A stretch of 64,000 bases of DNA from Gammaproteobacteria bacterium (lineage in GTDB: Bacteria > Pseudomonadota > Gammaproteobacteria > Steroidobacterales > JBCCMA01): contig JBGCEL010000022.1 in assembly GCA_045106455.1 (NCBI GenBank), positions 13,422 through 77,421 of the forward strand. Reading direction: 5' to 3'. Positions 56,222 through 64,000 of this stretch are shown here, in pieces. How positions within the stretch are numbered: the stretch's first letter is position 1; each line of letters opens with the position of its first letter. The notes under the pieces were generated by a model. It was not told where the DNA came from. It was given only the letters and a program-made list of their open reading frames with translations, and searched no databases. A program made the position numbers and the translations under genes.

Positions 56222-57334
56222 ATGAACGAGAAAATTCTCGCCGTCGACCCCGTTTCAACCCGTATTCCTCTCCCGGTGGAAGCACCCGCGGAGGCATCGC
56301 TGCCCACGGTACGTCGCCTGAAATCTGATCGCCGCACTATGCCCACGGGCATTTCACGCCGCATCGCTCTGGTGCGCGAAAAAATATCCCAAGTCGCACC
56401 GTTCCAAAGCACAGTTTTGATTACCGGAGAATCCGGCACCGGCAAAGAAGTGGTCGCCCGGGCAATCCACGATCAGTCAGATCGCGCCGCCCAGCCGTTT
56501 GTGCCCGTGAATTGCGGCGCCATTCCGGCTGACCTATTGGAAAGCGAACTTTTCGGTCACGAGAAGGGGGCTTTCACCGGCGCTATTTCGTCACGCAAAG
56601 GACGTTTTGAAATGGCGGAAGGGGGCACACTGTTTCTGGATGAAATTGGCGACATGAGTATGCCAATGCAGGTGAAATTGTTGCGTGTTCTGCAGGAGCG
56701 CTGCTATGAGCGGGTAGGGGGTACTCACACTCAGCACTGCAACGTGCGGATTGTTGCCGCGACGCATTGCGCTTTACCCGAGGCCATTGAAAAGCAGCGT
56801 TTTCGTCTTGACCTGTTTTACAGACTCAACGTTTTCCCCATCGAAATGCCGCCTTTGCGCAAGCGTCAAAGTGATTTGCCAGCGCTGGTCAAAGATCTGG
56901 TGTGCCAACACACACGGGAAAATGAGACCGGACTGCGTTTGAGCAGTGACGCTATGAATGCCCTGGCGACCTATCCTTGGCCGGGTAACATTCGTGAGCT
57001 GTCGAATTTGGTGGAACGACTCGCCATCACTCACGCCAGCGGCCGCATCGAACTCGAAGATTTGCCCGCACAGTACCGGGCGCACTTGCCCGCGGTGCTC
57101 AACAAGCCGGCCGCGACCGACGTGTCAAACGCGGTCAGCGGACTGCCCTCAGGCGGACTCGACCTGCGCGGTCACCTGATCAGCACGGAGAAGCGCTTCA
57201 TTCGCGACGCGCTTGAAGCAAGCGGCGGCACCGTGGCAGGCGCCGCACGCCTTTTGAATCTCCAACGTACGACGCTGGTCGAAAAAATGCGCAAGTACGG
57301 CATGACCGCTTCAGGCAAAACGACAAAATCTTGA
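56222..57334 (+). CDS. fleQ: sigma-54-dependent flagellar master activator, FleQ-like but without the N-terminal FleQ/REC-like domain
   Basis: AAA+ core [44 protein letters not shown] and RIVAATH, plus a Fis-type HTH at the C-terminus. Only about 55 aa precede the AAA+ domain. ATG 56222 has GGAGG 9 nt upstream; the alternative is ATG 56198. Confidence 0.85.
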   Translation: MNEKILAVDPVSTRIPLPVEAPAEASLPTVRRLKSDRRTMPTGISRRIALVREKISQVAPFQSTVLITGESGTGKEVVARAIHDQSDRAAQPFVPVNCGAIPADLLESELFGHEKGAFTGAISSRKGRFEMAEGGTLFLDEIGDMSMPMQVKLLRVLQERCYERVGGTHTQHCNVRIVAATHCALPEAIEKQRFRLDLFYRLNVFPIEMPPLRKRQSDLPALVKDLVCQHTRENETGLRLSSDAMNALATYPWPGNIRELSNLVERLAITHASGRIELEDLPAQYRAHLPAVLNKPAATDVSNAVSGLPSGGLDLRGHLISTEKRFIRDALEASGGTVAGAARLLNLQRTTLVEKMRKYGMTASGKTTKS

Positions 57335-57343
57335 CGTTGAATA

Positions 57344-57366
57344 GGATCGGGCCAACGGCCCGATCC
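57344..57366 (+). terminator. perfect 10-bp hairpin after fleQ (terminator or protein-binding palindrome)
   Basis: GGATCGGGCC-AAC-GGCCCGATCC. There is no U-tract. It lies 35 bp upstream of the fleS sigma-54 promoter. Confidence 0.45.
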
Positions 57367-57400
57367 TCACAAGCCCCTGATCCATAGAGTAATCCCGGAT

Positions 57401-57416
57401 TGGCACCAAACTTGCT
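57401..57416 (+). promoter_or_regulatory. sigma-54 promoter for fleS-fleR
   Basis: TGGCACCAAACTTGCT is a perfect -24/-12 match. It ends 40 nt upstream of the fleS ATG. Confidence 0.72.
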
Positions 57417-57455
57417 AGTCCTATCCCCGTAACGGATTTTCTTCATCACGGAACG

Positions 57456-58661
57456 ATGATCATGGCAGCAACACCAGACACACTGCATCTCGAACAAGCC
57501 TTTTCGGCTTTCACCCAACACGCGCAGCAACTCGAAAATGCGTTCGGCGGTTTGCGCGAACGCGTCACGGTGCTCAACGAAGAGCTGGCGGTCGCCAACA
57601 GCGAACGACTCGAACAATTGCGTGCGAAAGAAGCCCTGGCGACACGACTCGAACGTCTGCTCGGAGCGTTGCCCGGCGGCGTGATCGTCACTGACCCTGA
57701 CGGGCACATTACCGAATGCAATCAATCCGCCGTCGACATGCTCGGCGGCTCACCCATGGGCAAAACGGCCGAGGAGGCGGTAGGTGCTGTCACGCGCAGC
57801 GCACACGACGGCGAGTTGACGCTTGCCAATGGTCGTCGCGTTAGCGTATCGCGCAAAGCATTGGGCACTGGTGGTGACGCCATTGTGTTGCTAACGGATG
57901 TTACCGAAACCCGCACCATTCAATCCATGCTGGCGCGCAAGCAGCGCCTCGTGGAAATGGGCGAAATGGCGGCACGCCTTGCGCATCAGGTCCGCACGCC
58001 ACTGAGCAGTGCGCTGTTGTACAGCTCGCAGCTCGGACGTGCGCGCGTTGACGACACCAAACGCCGCTCCTACGCACAGCGCATCACAGCGCGTCTTGGC
58101 CAGCTCGAACGAATGGTCAACGACATGCTGGGCTTCGCCCGGGGCAGCACCATGGCCAACGAAGTGATCCCCGTGCATGAAATGCTGCGCGACGTGCTGC
58201 AGCTTATTGAAACCGAACGTCGTGATGAAGATCGCACGTCCATCGTTATCGAGCACGGCCTCGAAGCGGTGACGGGCAACCGCGATGCCCTCGTCGGCGC
58301 GATGACCAATTTGTGCTGTAACGCCCTACAGGCCTCGGACGCCGGCGTTTGTTTGACGCTGACGGCGCGTCGACTTGAATCTGGTGAGATAGCCCTGGGC
58401 GTGCGTGACACCGGTCCGGGGCTCAGCCCGGGCGATCGCGCGCGCATGTTTGACGCATTTTTCACAACCCGCACGGGCGGCACCGGGCTTGGCCTCGCGG
58501 TCGTCAAATCGACGGCAGAGGCCCACGGGGGCGACGTCAGTGTGGAATCGCAGCCGGGCGAGGGTTGCCTGATCGAAATGCATATAGAAGATCCGCAGCA
58601 GTCCCAAACGCTGGGTGGGGCTGAAAACTCCGTGGATCGAACCGCCGCAACCTGCGCCTGA
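57456..58661 (+). CDS. fleS: flagellar two-component sensor kinase FleS/FlrB-like (cytoplasmic PAS-HisKA-HATPase)
   Basis: No TM segment is visible. N-terminal coiled coil, PAS (LPGGVIVTDPDGHITECN), H-box LAHQVRTPL, then the G-box GTGLGLAV. Confidence 0.82.
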   Translation: MIMAATPDTLHLEQAFSAFTQHAQQLENAFGGLRERVTVLNEELAVANSERLEQLRAKEALATRLERLLGALPGGVIVTDPDGHITECNQSAVDMLGGSPMGKTAEEAVGAVTRSAHDGELTLANGRRVSVSRKALGTGGDAIVLLTDVTETRTIQSMLARKQRLVEMGEMAARLAHQVRTPLSSALLYSSQLGRARVDDTKRRSYAQRITARLGQLERMVNDMLGFARGSTMANEVIPVHEMLRDVLQLIETERRDEDRTSIVIEHGLEAVTGNRDALVGAMTNLCCNALQASDAGVCLTLTARRLESGEIALGVRDTGPGLSPGDRARMFDAFFTTRTGGTGLGLAVVKSTAEAHGGDVSVESQPGEGCLIEMHIEDPQQSQTLGGAENSVDRTAATCA

Positions 58662-58692
58662 TGACCGTTTTTTTAGTTAAGGACAATCGACA

Positions 58693-60060
58693 TTGAAAGC
58701 ACAGCTAAAACATAACAACGCTGAACCGTTACCGACGATCTTGATCGTAGAAGACGATCCGAACCTGCGCGAAGCGCTTAACGAGTCGCTCAGCAATGAC
58801 GGCTACGCGACGCTGACGGCCAGCGACGGTGAAAATGCGCTGGCCATGCTTGAGCGTCACGATGTCGGGTTGGTGATCAGTGATGTACAGATGATACCGA
58901 TGGATGGCACTGAGCTTCTGATACAGATAAAGCGCCGCCATCCCGAGCTGCCAGTGGTCCTGATGACCGCCTATGGCACGATCCAAAAAGCCGTAGACGC
59001 TATGCATCACGGCGCCGTGCACTATCTGGTCAAGCCGTTTGCCGCCGATACACTGGTGGAAACCGTGCGCCGCTATTTGCCAAGCACAAGTAGCGTCAGC
59101 GATCCTGCGAATCCCGTGGCCGAAGACCCACGCTCGCAAGACTGTCTGAGCCTGGCGCATCGCGTGGCCAGCAGCGACGCCACGGTCATGCTGCACGGAC
59201 AAAGCGGTACGGGTAAAGAGGTTTATGCACGCTACATCCATGCGATGTCCCAGCGCGCTGACGGCCCCTTTGTGGCGATCAACTGCGCCGCCATTCCTGA
59301 AAGCATGCTGGAGGCGGTTTTGTTTGGACATGTGAAAGGTGCCTTTACCGGTGCAGGTGAAGCGCGTGCCGGCAAATTTGAACAGGCACAGGGCGGCACG
59401 CTGCTGCTCGATGAAATCTCAGAGATGGACATGGGTCTGCAGGCAAAGCTGCTGCGCGTGCTGCAGGAAAAGGAAGTGGAACGCCTTGGTGGCCAAAAAA
59501 CCATTGCTTTGGACGTACGGGTGCTGGCGACCACGAACCGGGATCTGCGCGAGCACGTCGATGCCGGCCATTTTCGCGAAGATCTGTTCTATCGCCTCGA
59601 CGTCTTTCCCATTGCGTTGCCATCGTTAGCAGAACGTCCACTGGACATTGTACCGCTTGCGCTGCATTGCCTGACGCGCTGCGCTGGTAACGACATTAGT
59701 CTGAGTGCCGGTGCGCAGGAAAAGCTGCGCAACTACGGTTGGCCAGGCAACGTGCGCGAGCTCGACAATGTCATCCAGCGCGCGGTCATCCTGCGTGGCA
59801 ATGGCCACCTTGAGGCAGAAGACATCGCTATCGATGTGAGTTTAACGACAGCACCAACGACGGCCGCTGTTGCGGAACAGCCGCTGCAGGACGATCTGCG
59901 CAGCAAGGAAAAAGAAATCATTTTGGCGGCGCTGCGCGCGGGTCGTGGCAAGCGCAAAGATGCGGCTGAGCGCCTTGGTATTAGTCCTCGTACGTTGCGC
60001 TATAAATTGGCCAAAATGCGTGAAGACGGTGTGGCAATCCCCGGCGGCAATGCCGCGTGA
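58693..60060 (+). CDS. fleR: sigma-54-dependent response regulator FleR/FlrC-like
   Basis: REC (ILIVEDDP, acceptor Asp in VISDVQM, KPF). AAA+ domain ([19 protein letters not shown]). Fis-type HTH. TTG start. Confidence 0.87.
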   Translation: MKAQLKHNNAEPLPTILIVEDDPNLREALNESLSNDGYATLTASDGENALAMLERHDVGLVISDVQMIPMDGTELLIQIKRRHPELPVVLMTAYGTIQKAVDAMHHGAVHYLVKPFAADTLVETVRRYLPSTSSVSDPANPVAEDPRSQDCLSLAHRVASSDATVMLHGQSGTGKEVYARYIHAMSQRADGPFVAINCAAIPESMLEAVLFGHVKGAFTGAGEARAGKFEQAQGGTLLLDEISEMDMGLQAKLLRVLQEKEVERLGGQKTIALDVRVLATTNRDLREHVDAGHFREDLFYRLDVFPIALPSLAERPLDIVPLALHCLTRCAGNDISLSAGAQEKLRNYGWPGNVRELDNVIQRAVILRGNGHLEAEDIAIDVSLTTAPTTAAVAEQPLQDDLRSKEKEIILAALRAGRGKRKDAAERLGISPRTLRYKLAKMREDGVAIPGGNAA

Positions 60061-60079
60061 GTTCGACAGGTAACACAGC

Positions 60080-60415
60080 ATGAATCAGATGGATGTCAGC
60101 CAGGTAATGCAGCAGATGCGAGCCACGGCCGCACGCCTTGATCAGGCGCACAGCAACGCGATCAAGCCGATTGAAAACGTTGCCCCGGGCGCCAAAAATT
60201 TCGCCACGACGCTTGCCGATGCGGCGACCGCCGTCAGTGCCAGCCAGAAAACAGCGGCCGCTGGAGCCGCGGCGGTCGAAGCCGGGCATCCTGATGCCTC
60301 GTTGCCAGACGTGATGCTGCAGCTGCAAAAGGCGGATCTGTCTTTTCGGGCCATGACAGAAGTGCGCAACAAATTGGTCAATGCGTACCAAGAAATTATG
60401 AATATGCCGGTCTAG
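60080..60415 (+). CDS. fliE: flagellar hook-basal body complex protein FliE
   Basis: 111 aa. The C-terminal MLQLQKADLSFRAMTEVRNKLVNAYQEIMNMPV is the FliE signature. Confidence 0.9.
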   Translation: MNQMDVSQVMQQMRATAARLDQAHSNAIKPIENVAPGAKNFATTLADAATAVSASQKTAAAGAAAVEAGHPDASLPDVMLQLQKADLSFRAMTEVRNKLVNAYQEIMNMPV

Positions 60416-60430
60416 GAGCAAATCTGACTC

Positions 60431-62071
60431 ATGGCAACTCAAACTGATGAAGCACCCAGCGGACCGCTGGCCGCACTGTTGCAAAATGCCGCGGCTCGCC
60501 AGCTGATCGCCATGGTGGCCATCGCCGCCAGCGTTGCGCTTGGTGTCGCCGTGATTTTGTGGACGCGTGCGCCTAGTGAAAAAGTTCTGTTTAGCAATCT
60601 GTCGACCGAAGCGGCCGCCGAGGTCGATCAGGCGCTGCGTACCGTGGGCATCGAGCCACGTATCGATAGCGCCACCGGTAGTGTTTACGTGCCCGCTGCG
60701 GAGCTTGATCGGGCACGTTTGTCCGTCGCATCGGAAGGGGTGCCATCCGAGGGTGGTACAGGCTATCGCATGCTGGATGAAGAGCCCCAATTCGGCGTCA
60801 GCACATTCATTGAACAGGCTCGTTATCGTCGAGCGGTCGAAACGGAAATTGCCCGTACCATTGCCAAGCTCAAGCCGGTTCGCAGTGCGCGAGTGCATTT
60901 GGCGCAAGGCAACGATTCGGTTTTTATGCGCGATCGCACCATGCCGACCGCGTCGGTATTTCTGACCGTAAAGGCGGGGCGCAAGCTTGGCGAGGATATG
61001 ATTTCCTCCATCGTGCATACCGTGGCCTCAAGCACCAAAGATTTGCAGCCGCAGGCCGTCACCGTGGTCGATCAGTTCGGCAATTTGCTCAACTCACCTG
61101 ACGACAACAGTCGAAGCAAGGCCACCGACTGGCAGCTTAAACACAAGCGTACTATCGAAGCGGACTATGTTCGCCGGGTCGAAGAACTGATCGCCTCGAT
61201 GGTCGGTTTCGGCCACGTGCGCGCCGAAATCAATGCGGAACTCGACTTCACGCAATCCGAGCAAACCGCGCAGGCGTTTAATCCGGCCACCAGCGCCGTG
61301 CGCAGTGAAAACACCTCGTCGAGCGAACGTCGCGGCGGCGCCACCGGTGAGGGTGGCGTGCCCGGTGCACTGACCAATCAACCACCTGTGACCGGAGCCG
61401 ATACCGCCGCCGATGCTGGAGAAAATGCGCCACCTCCGGTCGATGTGAGCTCTAATGAAACCCGCAACTTCGACGTAGGTACGGCCATCACCACCACCCG
61501 CGCTCCCGTCGGCACCATTACGCGTCTTTCCATTGCCGTTGTCGTGGACAACATCAAATCGATGGATGAGAACGAAGAGATGGTGATCACACCGCGTTCG
61601 CCAGAGGAACTCGCTCAGATTGCGGATCTGGTGCGCGAGGCCGTAGGATTTGACGATGCGCGTGGCGATAGCATTCAAGTCGTGAACGCCAATTTCCAGA
61701 TGATGGACACCGCCTCGGATGTGCAGCCGTTGGCGTTCTGGATGCAGCCATGGTTTATCGATCTGGTGCGCCAGGCGCTGGGCTTGCTACTCGTGCTGGT
61801 GGTGGTCTTTAAAGTACTCAAGCCGGTCGCCACTAACCTGATTAAGGCCTCTACGGCGGCATTGCCTTCACCCGAACAACTCGCGTTGCTCAACGGTGGC
61901 GCTTTGGCGCTCGAAAACAACGCGATCGAAGGCGAGATCGAGCAACCCGTGCCACCGCCGCCGCCCACTCTGGAAGAGCGCATGGCGCTGGCGAAGCAAA
62001 TCGCCGGTGAAGACCCCGAGCGCGTTGCCAAAATCATGAAAGAGTGGGTGGGAGACGACGATGGCGGATAA
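60431..62071 (+). CDS. fliF: flagellar MS-ring protein FliF
   Basis: 546 aa. N-terminal TM, YscJ/FliF domain (RIDSATGSVYVPAAELDRARLSVA, FIEQARYRRAVETEIARTI) and a C-terminal TM. Confidence 0.95.
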   Translation: MATQTDEAPSGPLAALLQNAAARQLIAMVAIAASVALGVAVILWTRAPSEKVLFSNLSTEAAAEVDQALRTVGIEPRIDSATGSVYVPAAELDRARLSVASEGVPSEGGTGYRMLDEEPQFGVSTFIEQARYRRAVETEIARTIAKLKPVRSARVHLAQGNDSVFMRDRTMPTASVFLTVKAGRKLGEDMISSIVHTVASSTKDLQPQAVTVVDQFGNLLNSPDDNSRSKATDWQLKHKRTIEADYVRRVEELIASMVGFGHVRAEINAELDFTQSEQTAQAFNPATSAVRSENTSSSERRGGATGEGGVPGALTNQPPVTGADTAADAGENAPPPVDVSSNETRNFDVGTAITTTRAPVGTITRLSIAVVVDNIKSMDENEEMVITPRSPEELAQIADLVREAVGFDDARGDSIQVVNANFQMMDTASDVQPLAFWMQPWFIDLVRQALGLLLVLVVVFKVLKPVATNLIKASTAALPSPEQLALLNGGALALENNAIEGEIEQPVPPPPPTLEERMALAKQIAGEDPERVAKIMKEWVGDDDGG

Positions 62072-63053
62072 CGGGCCAGCCCGGGCGGCTATCCTGCTGC
62101 TATCGCTGGGCGAGTCTGAAGCGGCCGCGGTGTTGCGGCATATGGATGTCAATCAGGCCGAGGTGCTGGGGGGCGCCATGCGTGAGCTCGACAGCATCGG
62201 TCAGGAGCAGCTCGAGTCGGCACTGTCTTCGCTGGAGGAGCGGCTCGACGAAGAAGCCAACGTTCAGGCCGGATCTGAGGCCTACATTCGCAACGTTCTC
62301 AACAACGCTTTTGGCAATACGCGCGCCAGCGCACTGCTTGACCGAATCTTTGCCGGCGATGCGAGCGACAGCCTGGAGGCGCTGGCGTGGATGAGTACGG
62401 ATGACGTATTCGACATGGTGCGCCTCGAGCACCCGCAAGTGATCGCCATTGTCATGGCCTATCTGGCGGGCGACCGGGCGGCTCAGGTGATGGCCCGGCT
62501 TGAAAGTGATATTCAGGCCGATGTGCTGTTTCGCATTGCCAACTTGACCGATGTTCAGCAGTCCGCTCTCAAAGAACTCGAGGATCTTGTGGCCAGACAA
62601 AGCGATCTTGCCGTGGAAGCCAAAGTTGAAAAAATTGGCGGTGAAAAAGTCGCTGCCGCGATTCTAAACGCCATGCCCTCAGACGCTGAGGAATCGGTCA
62701 CTGAGCAGTTCGAAAAACGCGACGCAGAATTGCTGGCACGAATTCAGGAACTGATGTTTGTGTTTGAAAATCTGATGGCCGTAGATGACCGCGGCATTCA
62801 GAGTCTGCTGCGCGAAGTCAGTAGCGATGATCTTGCGCTATCACTCAAAGGCGCGGACGCCAAGATGCAGGATAAAATCTATCGCAACATGTCCAAACGA
62901 GCGGCGCAGATGATGGCCGAGGATCTCGAGGCGCGTGGACCCGTGAAACTTGCTGATGTTGAGGCTGCACAACGCAATATTCTTGAGGTCGCACGACGTA
63001 TGTCGGAGGCGGGGGATATCGTTCTTTCCAGCGGTGGCAGCGACTATGTCTGA
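62061..63053 (+). CDS. fliG: flagellar motor switch protein FliG
   Basis: 330 aa. AAILLLSLGESEAAAVLRHM, EHPQVIAIVMAYL and the C-terminal MSKRAAQMMAEDLEARGPVKLADVEAAQ. Confidence 0.95.
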   Translation: MADNGPARAAILLLSLGESEAAAVLRHMDVNQAEVLGGAMRELDSIGQEQLESALSSLEERLDEEANVQAGSEAYIRNVLNNAFGNTRASALLDRIFAGDASDSLEALAWMSTDDVFDMVRLEHPQVIAIVMAYLAGDRAAQVMARLESDIQADVLFRIANLTDVQQSALKELEDLVARQSDLAVEAKVEKIGGEKVAAAILNAMPSDAEESVTEQFEKRDAELLARIQELMFVFENLMAVDDRGIQSLLREVSSDDLALSLKGADAKMQDKIYRNMSKRAAQMMAEDLEARGPVKLADVEAAQRNILEVARRMSEAGDIVLSSGGSDYV

Positions 63054-63678
63054 TGCATCAACGCCGGTCGTCGATCGCTGGCACGCGCCGAATGTCGCGG
63101 CGTCAGAGGACGCGTTCAACAGCACGCGCGGCGAGCGGGGCCTGTCATTACGCGATCTCGAACGCATACAAAAGCAGGCCTACGACGAGGCCTTTGAGCA
63201 GGGATTGGCGGCCGGCACGGAAGAGGGGCAGGCTCGTGGCCGAGCCATCGTCGAGGAAAAATCTCGTCTGCTCGACGTGGTGCTTGGCCAGTTGGCCGCA
63301 CCGTTCGAGGGACTTGACCAGCAAATCGAGCAGCAGACGGCTGAGCTCGCGATGCTGGTTGTGCGTCGGTTGTTTCGCCGTGAACTGAAGACTGATCCCG
63401 GTAGCGTGATTGGTGTCGTCCGCGAAGCTCTCGATGCGCTTCCCATTGCCGCACGTCAGGTGCGAGTGCTGCTGCACCCCGAAGATGCGGAGCTGGTCGG
63501 TAAAGCACTGACGCCGACCGACGGCGAGCGCGCCTGGCATTTGGTTGAAGACCCGCTGCAAAGCCGGGGAGGCTGTCGCATTGAAACGGCGACCTCACGC
63601 ATCGATGCGCGGGTAGAGTCGCGGCTCGAGGCGGTCATTAATGAGATGCTCGGCGATGAGCGCAGCGCGCCGGAATGA
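63046..63678 (+). CDS. fliH: flagellar assembly protein FliH
   Basis: I chose the internal ATG at 63046, which overlaps the fliG end. The charged coiled coil (QKQAYDEAFEQGLAAGTEEGQARG) and the C-terminal GGCRIETATSRIDARVESRL are typical of FliH. Confidence 0.8.
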   Translation: MSDASTPVVDRWHAPNVAASEDAFNSTRGERGLSLRDLERIQKQAYDEAFEQGLAAGTEEGQARGRAIVEEKSRLLDVVLGQLAAPFEGLDQQIEQQTAELAMLVVRRLFRRELKTDPGSVIGVVREALDALPIAARQVRVLLHPEDAELVGKALTPTDGERAWHLVEDPLQSRGGCRIETATSRIDARVESRLEAVINEMLGDERSAPE

Positions 63679-64000
63679 CCGACGCGTCTGCCTATACACC
63701 TGAACACAACGCTCGGCGCTGGGGTGATCGGATTGCCGCACGTGGCGAGCGCCTGGAGCAAACCGGCCTCGTTGTAGAAGGCGTTCTGACCCGCGTGGTG
63801 GGCCTGACACTTGAAGCTGTGGGTTGCCAGGCGCCGGTGGGCGGGCGCTGCGACATTGTGGCTCCGGACGGCACGCGGGTGGAGTCCGAGGTCGTCGGAT
63901 TTGCTGGCGAAAAGCTCTACCTCATGCCAAAACGAGAGCTGCACGGTCTTGTGCCCAATGCTCGTGTGATTCCGGTCGGCAAGGCCGGTGAAGTGCGCGT
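63675..64000 (+). CDS. fliI: flagellum-specific ATPase FliI, N-terminal part (3' end outside the window)
   Basis: The ATG overlaps the fliH stop (ATGA) and the frame is open to the window end. GVLTRVVGLTLEAVGCQAPVGGRCDIV...SEVVGFAGEKLYLMP matches the FliI N-terminal beta-barrel domain. Confidence 0.85.
   Translation, partial: MTDASAYTPEHNARRWGDRIAARGERLEQTGLVVEGVLTRVVGLTLEAVGCQAPVGGRCDIVAPDGTRVESEVVGFAGEKLYLMPKRELHGLVPNARVIPVGKAGEVR

Noticed and set aside
59981-61018. 345-aa antisense ORF opposite fleR 3' end, fliE and fliF.
   Set aside because: It spans three well-supported sense genes. The translation has no recognisable motifs and shows shadow-frame composition.
1-64000. Search for CRISPR arrays, tRNA/rRNA genes, IS elements, integrases, phage or toxin-antitoxin/defence genes.
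   Set aside because: I saw no direct-repeat/spacer arrays, no transposase- or integrase-like ORFs and no tRNA-like cloverleaf regions in the few intergenic gaps (all under 480 bp). The window is densely packed with recognisable chromosomal genes. A covariance-model scan (tRNAscan or Infernal) would be needed to exclude small RNAs formally.

Overview
This is an almost fully coding, GC-rich chromosomal segment with gammaproteobacterial gene order. I saw no rRNA or tRNA gene, CRISPR array, transposase or integrase. Left part (1-20 kb): a housekeeping block fabF(partial)-pabB-pabC-mltG-tmk-holB-pilZ; a tandem cNMP-binding/rhodanese protein; a thiolase / multifunctional enzyme / thioesterase beta-oxidation operon; an EEP-family protein; an ABC exporter; msrPQ; and an RND pump with its adaptor. 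Middle part (20-39 kb): a GbsR-type regulator lies divergent from a sigma-54-promoted operon. That operon encodes a small membrane ORF, a HlyD adaptor, a MacB-type ATPase, two FtsX permeases, an NtrC-type response regulator and a sensor kinase with no periplasmic domain. This transporter-coupled signalling module is my best candidate for an uncharacterised system. It is followed by a TPR Ser/Thr kinase, a secreted Cys-rich/TSP3/dockerin-like protein, a second ABC exporter, an acyltransferase, an MBL hydrolase, trxA and a PQQ-type dehydrogenase. Right part (38.6-64 kb): a Pseudomonas/Vibrio-style flagellar regulon, flgNMA divergent from flgBCDEFGHIJKL-fliC-flaG-fliD-fliS-fliT-fleQ-fleS-fleR-fliEFGHI(partial). 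Its intergenic DNA shows four flagellar sigma-54 promoter matches (three of them perfect 16-mers) and two sigma-28-like promoters. The FleQ homologue lacks the N-terminal FleQ/REC-like domain, and an orphan lipoprotein gene is appended to flgMN. All calls come from reading the sequence and ORF translations. No database search was run.
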